Source: Candidatus Babeliales bacterium (GTDB lineage: Bacteria > Babelota > Babeliae > Babelales > JABCYS01). Taken from it: a DNA stretch of 64,000 bases. The position numbers were made by a program, and so were the translations under genes. The stretch is taken from NCBI GenBank assembly GCA_016929235.1, contig JAFGJD010000005.1:92168-156167 (forward strand), in the 5' to 3' direction. The notes beneath the pieces were generated by a model, which saw only the letters and a program-made list of their open reading frames with translations, made no database searches and was not told the DNA's origin. Below, piece by piece: positions 8,318 to 16,923 of this stretch (within the stretch, counting starts at the first letter, position 1; each line of letters starts with the position of its first letter).

Positions 8318-9649
8318 TCATAGTCGAAGTTTCCACATGCGGTATGCGTAGAGGCTAATCATGCCAAGAGTTCCTGCACGTATAGCGAGGGTTCCGACCA
8401 GAGCGTGTAGCGGAGAAAAGCTCCATAGCCACGGCAAGACACTGAAAAGTACAAGTGTTCCAAGTGTGGTATAGGCGGTAAAGATGTGAGCTCTCTCTTC
8501 TACGAAGAAAAATTCGCGATATGTTACAAGAATATTCTCAGTAAAGTGGACTATGAGGAAGATGCTCAGAGGAATCCATGTTGTTGAAGGGACATCAAAA
8601 TGAGAACGCATGTACGGGTAGGTTGCTGCGAACATGATGATAATGCCACCTAACGTGATATAAAGTACACGATTGATTTTATGGAAGAGACGTTGTTTTT
8701 GAAGAGGGCCATGATACCGAATATGGGCAAAGGCTGCTCCACTAGTAGTACCAAATAGTTTCTGAATAATTCTACTGAGCGAATACGAACCGTGGCTGAC
8801 TAGCGTTAATATCCCTGCTCGCTGTATGTCGAAAATACTTGCAAATAAGGGTATCCAGAGATTGCTTGAAGAGAGTTGCGATAAAATTTGGTAGAAGGTG
8901 CATGATATACGATGAAAAAGTATACGTGCGAAAATAGGTTCCTTGAGTGTGCCGTGTGATGGAAGTGTATCATAATATTGCTTTGTTAAGATACAGAGTA
9001 CTCCAAGTGATAGGATTGAAAGGATTGCGAATGGAACGAGAATCTGTGTGAATGAAAGACTTCCGACTATACCGTAACTGGTCCATACGATTGAGCAATA
9101 GAGAATTAATGTTCCAATTTCAATAAATGCAAGTGGCTTGTTTTTGAATGGTACATATAAAAGATGTCTGATTGTACGTTTCATTCCTTCAGTCATAATG
9201 AGGAGCCACATAATATTCAAGACCCACATTCGATCATTGGAGATTGCAAGAATATCTAAAAGTCGAGAATAATGAGAGCCTAACAACATGAAGAATAATG
9301 GTGGGAGTGTTGCGAGAAGCGCTATGTTAATGCAAAGTTGTCGCAGAATGACCTGTCTAAATGTCTCTTTGCTGCGAGTTGCCTCAACAAAAAATGGTTG
9401 CCATGACTGATATAGGCCGAAATTAAAAACGTTGGTTGCGAGAAATATAATGGCAAGAATTGTTCCGATATAACCATAAAAATCTCCCGATACATAGAGT
9501 GATAAAAACCATTCATGGCACAACAAGATCAATTGATATCCAATGGCCTCTACTGAGCTCCATACAAAAGCATATTGAAATTTTTCATACCAATGATTCA
9601 TGATACAACCTTGTATTTTATTAAGAGATGCAGTACAGAAAAGATACAT
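8318..9649 (-). CDS. Polytopic membrane protein, MOP/flippase-like paralogue
   Basis: It is 443 aa and multi-TM, paralogous to 6725-8173. The start is uncertain; an alternative ATG at 9601 gives MNHWYEKF. Confidence 0.45.
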   Translation of the reverse strand: MYLFCTASLNKIQGCIMNHWYEKFQYAFVWSSVEAIGYQLILLCHEWFLSLYVSGDFYGYIGTILAIIFLATNVFNFGLYQSWQPFFVEATRSKETFRQVILRQLCINIALLATLPPLFFMLLGSHYSRLLDILAISNDRMWVLNIMWLLIMTEGMKRTIRHLLYVPFKNKPLAFIEIGTLILYCSIVWTSYGIVGSLSFTQILVPFAILSILSLGVLCILTKQYYDTLPSHGTLKEPIFARILFHRISCTFYQILSQLSSSNLWIPLFASIFDIQRAGILTLVSHGSYSLSRIIQKLFGTTSGAAFAHIRYHGPLQKQRLFHKINRVLYITLGGIIIMFAATYPYMRSHFDVPSTTWIPLSIFLIVHFTENILVTYREFFFVEERAHIFTAYTTLGTLVLFSVLPWLWSFSPLHALVGTLAIRAGTLGMISLYAYRMWKLRL

Positions 9650-9763
9650 GAGAAAAGATAAAGATGAAAAATTAGAAGAAAAACTTTTTTACAGTATACT
9701 GTGGTTTGTGTGTGGATAAGTTTTTCGGTGAGATGTATTCCAATGAAATAAAAGGAGTCATCT

Positions 9764-10351
9764 ATGACCGATAATCCATCGCCTGTGACCGTTCCTCGCT
9801 TCAAAGCTGCAACAACAACCTACTCAATACATGATCGAGTTGTCTATCCTGGCCATGGGGTTGCGGAGATAACTAACATTCTTGAGAAAAGTATAGGTCA
9901 ATGTAGTATCAAATTTTATGAGCTTAAATTCCTGAATAAGGACATGACAGTCTTAGTTCCCCTACATAATTTGCCGTCTGTTGGTATTCGCCCTCTGAGT
10001 TCTTCAGAGCGTGTTCATATGGTGTTTGAAGCACTTGCGCGCCCTGCTCGCAAAATATCTCCGTACGAACTTACGGCAAGCAATTGGAATAAACGAAATA
10101 AAGAATACCAGACAAAAATCAGAAAAGGTGATCTGAACGATTTGTCAGAGATTTATCGTGATTTAAAAAATATTGCGCAGCAAAAAGAGTTGTCATTTGG
10201 CGAGAAAAATTTACTTCACCAAACTGAGCATCTGCTTGTTGAAGAAATCGCATTGATTGAACGAGTTAATGAGGAACGAGCAATTGAGCTCCTTCGTTCC
10301 ATGATTAGCCAAGGCTTTGCAAACAAGCAGGCGCAGCACGTATCAGAGTAG
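9764..10351 (+). CDS. carD: CarD/CdnL-family RNA-polymerase-binding transcription regulator
   Basis: AAAGGAG RBS precedes the start. The N-terminal CarD_CdnL_TRCF pattern is YSIHDRVVYPGHGVAEITNI...YELKFLNKDMTVLVP, and a helical C-terminal domain follows. Confidence 0.85.
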   Translation: MTDNPSPVTVPRFKAATTTYSIHDRVVYPGHGVAEITNILEKSIGQCSIKFYELKFLNKDMTVLVPLHNLPSVGIRPLSSSERVHMVFEALARPARKISPYELTASNWNKRNKEYQTKIRKGDLNDLSEIYRDLKNIAQQKELSFGEKNLLHQTEHLLVEEIALIERVNEERAIELLRSMISQGFANKQAQHVSE

Positions 10352-10357
10352 CAGTAT

Positions 10358-11311
10358 ATGGAGCAACAGATTGGAATTATTACAGGACCTACCGGGAGCG
10401 GTAAAAGTGATTGCGCTCTCGATATTGCTTGTGAGATGCGGGCTGAGATTATCAATGCGGATGTGGGACAGTTTTATGAGCCGTTAACCATTGGTACAGC
10501 TAAACCGGACTGGAAACGTGCTGCACAAGAACATCACTTGTTTGATTATCTCACAAAGCCGGTTGATCTTACAGTCTGGGAATATCGACAAGCGGTGCTC
10601 CAAAAGATTTCAGAGATCTGGAAACGTAAGAAGCTGCCACTTCTTGTGGGGGGCTCGGCTTTCTATCTACAATCACTTTTCTTTCCACCACTTGCAAGCT
10701 CGCATGAACTTCCGCAAGACTATGCTGACTATTCTCAACAGCAGTTGTGGAATATATTGCGTGAAATAGACCCACAGCGCGCAGCGGAAATACAACCTCA
10801 AGATCGTTATCGTGTGGAAAGGGCATTGGCTATCTGGCATGGTTCTGGACAAATGCCGTCCCGTGTGAAGCCGGAGTTTGATCCGCTTGCTTCGTTTGCC
10901 ATGGTTATTGTTGAACGTGAGAGGGATGATCTCAATAAGCGAATTAATTTACGCGTGGAACAGATGATCGATGCGGGCTGGATCGATGAGGTTAAGGCAT
11001 TGATGGGCACTGCATGGGAAGCATTCTTAATAAAGAAAAAATTGATTGGATATGATGATATTATTCATTACTTACGTGGTGAGTTGAGACGTGAGGAATT
11101 AATCACGACTATTCAGACAAAAACACGTCAGTATGCAAAGCGCCAGCTGACGTTCTTGCGAATGTTTGAGCGGAAGTTGAACAGCGCTCTTATATCCTGT
11201 CCTGAAGGGTACGGAACGGTTGCTCGAGTCAACTTGACTTTGACCGACGTTCCTCTATATATAAGGCAGATATCACAAATTCTAGGAAAGCAAGTAACTA
11301 AAAAGAAATGA
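10358..11311 (+). CDS. miaA: tRNA dimethylallyltransferase
   Basis: The motifs are P-loop GPTGSGKS, IINADVGQFY, PLLVGGSAFYLQSL and TRQYAKRQLTF. Confidence 0.9.
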   Translation: MEQQIGIITGPTGSGKSDCALDIACEMRAEIINADVGQFYEPLTIGTAKPDWKRAAQEHHLFDYLTKPVDLTVWEYRQAVLQKISEIWKRKKLPLLVGGSAFYLQSLFFPPLASSHELPQDYADYSQQQLWNILREIDPQRAAEIQPQDRYRVERALAIWHGSGQMPSRVKPEFDPLASFAMVIVERERDDLNKRINLRVEQMIDAGWIDEVKALMGTAWEAFLIKKKLIGYDDIIHYLRGELRREELITTIQTKTRQYAKRQLTFLRMFERKLNSALISCPEGYGTVARVNLTLTDVPLYIRQISQILGKQVTKKK

Positions 11312-11943
11312 ATATTTTAAAAAAAGGCCCTACTGATTCAACGCAGCAATCGTCTCAAGAGAAGCATGGTGTTGTGATTCATCCAAAATATTTGAGTCGC
11401 ATTGTGGCCTTGTTTTTATTAACAAGTTGTTGTGTATTCTTAGGTGGGTATTTCTGGGGACAACGCACAGCAATTGATCAGCTTTTGAATTCCATTGAGC
11501 GGGATTCGTTTGCAGATCAAGTATACTACTCGATGTGTGCAGCTTATGACCAACGTGATTATGAAAGTAATGGGCCTGATGCGGTTCGTGACGAGGTGGC
11601 AGCAGAGGTGGTACAAGCGCAGAATGAGACTACTGCTTGTGATGGAATAAAAAATAAAGTCGAGCCAGTCACGACCGCACCGGAACAGGCCGGTCGTTTT
11701 TATGCACAGCTTGCTGGATTTGGAACGCAAAAAGCGGCAGAAAAATTAGTGCGAAAATTACAATCCCAAGGTATCCTTACTGAAGTATCTCGTCGTGTAA
11801 GTAAGACTGCAAAGGGAAAAACAATTGCATGGTACCAGGTGATTACGCCTGACTATCTCACAAAAGATTCATTAGAAGCGACGATTAATGAAATCAAAAC
11901 ACATGAGCGGTTGCACGATGTGCGCGTAATTAAGCGCTGTTAG
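11308..11943 (+). CDS. SPOR-domain membrane protein
   Basis: The start overlaps the miaA stop in an ATGA. There is one TM (IVALFLLTSCCVFLGGYFW). The C-terminal SPOR-like fold signature is FYAQLAGFGTQKAAEKLVRKLQSQGI...IAWYQVITPDY. Confidence 0.7.
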   Translation: MNILKKGPTDSTQQSSQEKHGVVIHPKYLSRIVALFLLTSCCVFLGGYFWGQRTAIDQLLNSIERDSFADQVYYSMCAAYDQRDYESNGPDAVRDEVAAEVVQAQNETTACDGIKNKVEPVTTAPEQAGRFYAQLAGFGTQKAAEKLVRKLQSQGILTEVSRRVSKTAKGKTIAWYQVITPDYLTKDSLEATINEIKTHERLHDVRVIKRC

Positions 11944-11967
11944 GGAACCGTAACACGGATCAAGGGG

Positions 11968-13947
11968 TTGTTTATGCCATTTAATAGGTGGTTTAAAAAT
12001 GTTTCCAAATACTGGACAAAGGCACACTACCGAGCACAGCTGCGAAGAAGTTTTTATAAAGGAATTGTCTGGGTACTTGTCGTTGGAATGAGTATTTCTT
12101 TTGGTCTAGTTAACTTTTTAACACGTTCTCAACACAAACAACAAAATACTGTAGCTCATGTAGATGGTGCGTCCATCGGTGCATGGCCATATCATCGAAG
12201 AACTTCTGCGAAGCGCGAGAGTTTGGCAATGATGCAGCGTCAGTTTTCCCAGTTCGGGGTTCCCTTTGATTTAAATGAAGATCCTCAAAAATGGGCCATG
12301 GAAACTCTTATTAATGACGTTTTACTGGATGCTGTAGCGGGAGATCTTCGTTTAAATCTTGATGAAGATTATATTGCATACAAGTTAATGGATCCCTACT
12401 TTGCCTTTGAAGAACTGTCTGAGTTTATACCCATTCATGTTTTGTTATCACAAAGTTTTGATGCAATGACAATTTCACAGGCATTACAGCAAAAAGGAAT
12501 CTCTTATCGGGAGTTTGAGTTGTTCATAGAAAAAGCCTTGGCGCGACGATGCGTGAAAGATATAGTTCGTAACGCTTTCTATGTACCAGCCTTTTCCTTG
12601 CGTCATGAGTATCAAACGCAGTATGCACCTAGAGATTATACGTTATTAGAATTATCGCTTGATTCATATGTGCAACATGAAAAAGAAACGCAATTAGAGG
12701 ATAAGGACATTACTGCGTTCTTTGAACAGCAAAATATGACTACGAAACGGTATGATGTTCCTGAGCGGCGCAGTGGAAAGATGTGGGAGTTTAAGGCGCA
12801 AGATTATAAGGTAATGGTTTCTGATGCTGATTTGCGTGATTACTACGAAAATCATAAAAGCAAGTTCATTGATGCTCCCGCAAAAGTCAATGTGCGTAGA
12901 ATTTTGATTAAACAAGATGATGGGGCTCAGCAAAAAACACAAGATCTGTATGATCAGCTTATAAAAGATCCCGATTCATTTGCAAAGAAAGCAAAAGGGG
13001 TATCTGAAGATCCTGAGACCTCTAAAAAAGGTGGTGAGACCGGATACTTTGTCAAAAAGGATAAGAGCAAAGTTTTTGGGACAGCAGCATTTAGACTCAA
13101 GCAGCCTGGTGATATTTCTCCAGTTATTCAAACCGATGATGGATACGAAATTTTACAGCTCATTGAAAGAACAAAGATGACCTACAAATCTTTTGATTCT
13201 GTAAAAAGTTCACTCCATGCTCAAGTAGTAGATAGAAAGTTTAAGCTTTCATTTTCTGATGACATTGAAGAACTTCTAACAAAAGTGCTTGGAAATAAAG
13301 ATTCCATTGAACAGTTTGTTAAGAATCATGGCGGAAAGGAGCGTACCTTAGACGAGGTCACTCGTGATAGTTCTGTGCGTGCGGAGCGCTTGTTTAAAAT
13401 ACGGGGAAAAGATTTCGCTTATTTCAAAGAGGGTGATCTGGGGATATTGATCCAACTGACAGATATTCATCCAAGTTATACTCCAGAGCTTGTTTCTGTT
13501 CGTGAAACCGTGGTTGAGGATCTTTACCGTGATAAGGCGACGAAGGCCCTCAAGAGAGACCTTAAGCTTGCGTTGAAGGATGTCTCATCCTCTTCTATGG
13601 GAGAGCTTGCCAAAAAATATAATGGTATTCTTCGCAAAGTAGTAAAGGTTGTAGCTAGTGACGACAAGCGCAAAGAAAAGTTAGGTAAAGATAATATGCC
13701 AGTCGATACGATGTTGATGTTGGAAGTGCCAGGTAAAGCTACAACTGTCTTTGAAGGTCTCACTGGATATCTTGTGCATCTTGATTCAATGACAGCATTT
13801 GATAAAGATGACTTTGATCAACATAGGCAGGAGCTTAGCCTTCAGTTGCTACAGAAGTATGGGGCACTTGAGCTAGAAAGTTTCATTGTGGGACTTCGTC
13901 GTGCGGCAACGATCACGTTGAATGAGAAAGCGTTAGACAATCGATAA
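11968..13947 (+). CDS. PpiD/SurA-like periplasmic chaperone with parvulin PPIase domain
   Basis: The N-terminal anchor is GIVWVLVVGMSISFGLVNFL. The central parvulin domain is VNVRRILIK...KKGGETGYFVKKD...PGDISPVIQTDDGYEILQLIERT. The start may be ATG 11974. Confidence 0.75.
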   Translation: MFMPFNRWFKNVSKYWTKAHYRAQLRRSFYKGIVWVLVVGMSISFGLVNFLTRSQHKQQNTVAHVDGASIGAWPYHRRTSAKRESLAMMQRQFSQFGVPFDLNEDPQKWAMETLINDVLLDAVAGDLRLNLDEDYIAYKLMDPYFAFEELSEFIPIHVLLSQSFDAMTISQALQQKGISYREFELFIEKALARRCVKDIVRNAFYVPAFSLRHEYQTQYAPRDYTLLELSLDSYVQHEKETQLEDKDITAFFEQQNMTTKRYDVPERRSGKMWEFKAQDYKVMVSDADLRDYYENHKSKFIDAPAKVNVRRILIKQDDGAQQKTQDLYDQLIKDPDSFAKKAKGVSEDPETSKKGGETGYFVKKDKSKVFGTAAFRLKQPGDISPVIQTDDGYEILQLIERTKMTYKSFDSVKSSLHAQVVDRKFKLSFSDDIEELLTKVLGNKDSIEQFVKNHGGKERTLDEVTRDSSVRAERLFKIRGKDFAYFKEGDLGILIQLTDIHPSYTPELVSVRETVVEDLYRDKATKALKRDLKLALKDVSSSSMGELAKKYNGILRKVVKVVASDDKRKEKLGKDNMPVDTMLMLEVPGKATTVFEGLTGYLVHLDSMTAFDKDDFDQHRQELSLQLLQKYGALELESFIVGLRRAATITLNEKALDNR

Positions 13948-13981
13948 ACGTTATAATCCATGAACAGCTAAGGATGCATTT

Positions 13982-15016
13982 GTGAAGCAAAAAATTACAG
14001 AACCAACGGCAGATCGTATTGCCGTAAAAAAGAAGGCCCTCGAAGTCACCTTTTCCCAAATTGATAAACAATATGGGAAGGGAGCAGTGATGCTTATGGG
14101 TGATAGCCCGGGGACAAGGGTTGAGGTTATCCCAAGTGGCTCGATTTTGATTGACCAAGCGCTTGGCGTTGGAGGCTACCCAGTTGGTCGTATTATTGAA
14201 GTGTTCGGTCCAGAGTCGTCTGGAAAGACAACCTTGGCTTTGCATGCCATTGCCCAGGCGCAAAGTAGGGGGGGCATCTGTGCATTTATCGATGCAGAGC
14301 ATGCGTTGGATCCTACACATGCTGCAAAGTTAGGTATCGACATTGAAAATCTGATTATTTCTCAGCCTGACTATGGAGAGCAGGCTCTGGATATTGCAGA
14401 AATGCTGGTTCGATCTGGAGCTATTGATGTGATCGTTATAGATTCGGTTGCGGCCTTGGTTCCCAAAGCAGAGCTGGAAGGGGATATGGGTGACGCACAT
14501 GTTGGGTTACAGGCTCGTTTGATGTCGCAGGCATTAAGAAAATTGACTCCAGTGGTTCATAAATCTAAGACCGTTTTGATCTTTATCAATCAGATCAGAC
14601 AAAACATTAATAGCCTCCCTTTTGCAAAAAAGGAAACAACGTCAGGGGGCAATGCTCTCAAATTTTATGCCTCGCTGAGATTAGATGTGCGTAAGATTGG
14701 CAACCTTAGAAAGAATGAGGTTCAGTTTGGAAACAGAATCGCTGTCAAGGTGGTAAAGAATAAGGTTGCTCCCCCCTTTAAGAAGGTTGAGCTTGATTTG
14801 CTCTTTACTGAGGGCATTTCTCCTGAGCTTGACCTATTGGACGCAAGTCTGTTTTATACTATAATTACTCAATCGGGGTCCTGGTTTGCGTTCGATGGCA
14901 AAAACCTAGCCCAAGGAAGAGAGCAGGCGCTCGACTTTTTTAAAAAGAATCCCGATATTCGCAATGAGGTCCGAGCTGCCTTGCTTGCGAAAATAGAAGA
15001 ACAGAAACAGCTCTAA
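13982..15016 (+). CDS. recA: Recombinase RecA
   Basis: The motifs are [22 protein letters not shown], Walker [13 protein letters not shown] and [18 protein letters not shown]. The start codon is GTG. Confidence 0.97.
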   Translation: MKQKITEPTADRIAVKKKALEVTFSQIDKQYGKGAVMLMGDSPGTRVEVIPSGSILIDQALGVGGYPVGRIIEVFGPESSGKTTLALHAIAQAQSRGGICAFIDAEHALDPTHAAKLGIDIENLIISQPDYGEQALDIAEMLVRSGAIDVIVIDSVAALVPKAELEGDMGDAHVGLQARLMSQALRKLTPVVHKSKTVLIFINQIRQNINSLPFAKKETTSGGNALKFYASLRLDVRKIGNLRKNEVQFGNRIAVKVVKNKVAPPFKKVELDLLFTEGISPELDLLDASLFYTIITQSGSWFAFDGKNLAQGREQALDFFKKNPDIRNEVRAALLAKIEEQKQL

Positions 15017-15028
15017 GACGGGATAATC

Positions 15029-15577
15029 TTGAGAAACGATAGAGAAAATAACGACCAGTCTACTCTAGTCAATGAACATATTAGAGCACCTCGGGTTCAA
15101 TTAATTACCCATGAAGGTGAGAATCTAGGTGTGGTGCCACGTGACCTTGCTTTAAGGGTTGCACGCGAGGCCGGACTTGATTTGGTCATGTTGAGTGAGC
15201 AAGGCAGTGAAGGGGTTCCTGTTACGAAGGTCATGGATTTTGGCAAAGCGCTGTATGCTAAAAAGAAGAAAATGGCAGAGGCGAAAAAGCACCAAAAAAC
15301 CCTTCAGATTAAGGAGCTTAAATTCCGTCCAAAAATTGGCGAGCATGATTTTAAAACAAAAATGAATCAGGCTATTCAATTTTTGAATGCGGGAAAGCGT
15401 CTTAAGATTACCCTAGTATTTCGAGGCCGTGAGATGGTTCTTAGAGAGCAGCATGGTCAGGAAATGTTTGATAAGATTTCCGCAGCGCTTGAGGCTGCTG
15501 GTGTAACAAATGTTATCCAGGAGAAAGACAGCAGGGCGGGGAAACTTTGGTCTCGTACATTTATATTGAAACATTAA
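15029..15577 (+). CDS. infC: Translation initiation factor IF-3
   Basis: The motifs are VNEHIRAPRVQLITHEGENLGVV and KELKFRPKIGEHDFKTK. There is no in-frame ATG or GTG near the start. The only candidates after the recA stop are ATA 15023, ATC 15026 and TTG 15029. Confidence 0.9.
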   Translation: MRNDRENNDQSTLVNEHIRAPRVQLITHEGENLGVVPRDLALRVAREAGLDLVMLSEQGSEGVPVTKVMDFGKALYAKKKKMAEAKKHQKTLQIKELKFRPKIGEHDFKTKMNQAIQFLNAGKRLKITLVFRGREMVLREQHGQEMFDKISAALEAAGVTNVIQEKDSRAGKLWSRTFILKH

Positions 15578-15602
15578 AGATCATTATTTGTTTAGGATTT
15601 TT

Positions 15603-15794
15603 ATGCCAAAAATGAAAACACACAGCGGAGCAAAAAAGCGTTTTAAAAAAACTAAGTCAGGCAAGATTAAGATGAGTAAAGCTTTTCATCGTCACTTGCT
15701 TACGAAAAAGAGCTCTGCTAAAAAGCGTAGCATGAGAAAGTCAGCATATATTCAACCGTGTGATGCTGGTCATCTTACTCATCTTGTATCCTAA
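15603..15794 (+). CDS. rpmI: Ribosomal protein L35
   Basis: MPKMKTHSGAKKRFKKTKSGKIK. I prefer ATG 15603 over the track's TTG 15588. Confidence 0.93.
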   Translation: MPKMKTHSGAKKRFKKTKSGKIKMSKAFHRHLLTKKSSAKKRSMRKSAYIQPCDAGHLTHLVS

Positions 15795-15859
15795 TCATTT
15801 TTATAAAACAATTGGTATTCCTCTGTGGGTACCTACTTTAATTGACTTAAGGAATTAAT

Positions 15860-16210
15860 ATGACTCGAGTGAAACGTGGTCTTGCTACAAAGCGACGACA
15901 TAAGAAGCTATTGAAGCAGACAAAGGGATACTGGGGCCAAAGAAAAAACATTTTTCGCCGAGCAAGTGAAACCTTGCGTCGCGCATTGGCCTTTGCCTTC
16001 ACAGGGCGCAAACAAAAGAAGCGTTCTATGAGGGCTCTCTTTATTACAAGAATAAGTGCTGCTGCTGAAGCCCATGGCATGCCATATAATCAATTTATTC
16101 ATGGATTAAAGAAGGCCAACGTTCAATTAAATCGTAAGATGCTTAGCCAAATTGCGATCTATGAGCCTAAGGTCTTTGAGCAGCTCGTTGGTCTTGCGAA
16201 AGCAGCATAA
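15860..16210 (+). CDS. rplT: Ribosomal protein L20
   Basis: MTRVKRGLATKRRHKKLLKQTKGYWG... Confidence 0.95.
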   Translation: MTRVKRGLATKRRHKKLLKQTKGYWGQRKNIFRRASETLRRALAFAFTGRKQKKRSMRALFITRISAAAEAHGMPYNQFIHGLKKANVQLNRKMLSQIAIYEPKVFEQLVGLAKAA

Positions 16211-16313
16211 GTTTTCTTGACAGGAAAAAACGAGCACGACTAGACTACCATTGGTAATGGATAGTGATATTAGGCGTCGCGCAGTAGACGATTATAACGA
16301 TAAGGAGTGTGCA

Positions 16314-16568
16314 ATGAAGACATTAGAAATGCTTGAGAAAAGGGTAAGAGCCCTTGTTGATATGGTGCAAGAACTCCAAGCAAATAATGTTTCATTGAGC
16401 AAGGAAAACAAGGAACTACAGGAGCAGATTCAGGTTATGGAAAAGACCATAATGCAAGAATCAAAGAACTTGGATAATCTTAAGGTAGAACAGGATAAGA
16501 CCAAGTCTTTTGTAGATAGCCTAATCAAAGACATTGATGCATTAGTTGAACATGGTAATAACTTATGA
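16314..16568 (+). CDS. ZapB-like coiled-coil cell-division protein
   Basis: AAGGAG RBS precedes ATG 16314. The product is ~84 aa of continuous heptad coiled coil (LEMLEKRVRALVDMVQELQANNVSLSKENKELQEQ), resembling ZapB. Its stop overlaps the zapA start. Confidence 0.6.
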   Translation: MKTLEMLEKRVRALVDMVQELQANNVSLSKENKELQEQIQVMEKTIMQESKNLDNLKVEQDKTKSFVDSLIKDIDALVEHGNNL

Positions 16569-16843
16569 CAGCAGAAAAAAAGAAATATACCGTAAAGATC
16601 TTTGGGGATACCTATCACTTGGTGAGTGATGAACCTGAACGGCGTGTTATGCAAACGGCAGATATGGTTGATGCCATGATGAAAGAGTTTGCAAGCGGTT
16701 CCGGTATGAATGATTCAAAGAAACTAGCTGTTCTTGTTGCTCTTCAATTTGCAAATCAGGTTGTTTCCTTAGAAGCACAACATGCAGAAGATGAACTAGT
16801 CGTTCGACGATTAGTTGATTCTCTGGATTCTACTGTACTTTAG
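16565..16843 (+). CDS. zapA: Cell-division protein ZapA
   Basis: YTVKIFGDTYHLVSDEPERRVMQTADMVDAMMKEF...KLAVLVALQFANQ fits the ZapA family pattern. Confidence 0.8.
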   Translation: MTAEKKKYTVKIFGDTYHLVSDEPERRVMQTADMVDAMMKEFASGSGMNDSKKLAVLVALQFANQVVSLEAQHAEDELVVRRLVDSLDSTVL

Positions 16844-16923
16844 CGGCGACTGTGTCTCTTCCGTGTCAAGTAGTCAGTAATGCTGACACACTTGAAATGA
16901 TACATTAAAGCAAGGAAGAATTC

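Noticed and set aside
9711-9719. oriC at the perfect DnaA box TGTGGATAA.
   Set aside because: It is a single box with no cluster and no adjacent AT-rich 13-mer array or dnaA gene. It is more likely a chance or transcription-factor site.
16844-16923. 6S RNA (ssrS) downstream of zapA, as in E. coli.
   Set aside because: Only 80 nt separate zapA and rny. That is too short for a ~180-nt 6S RNA. It contains just one modest hairpin (GTGTCA...TGACAC).
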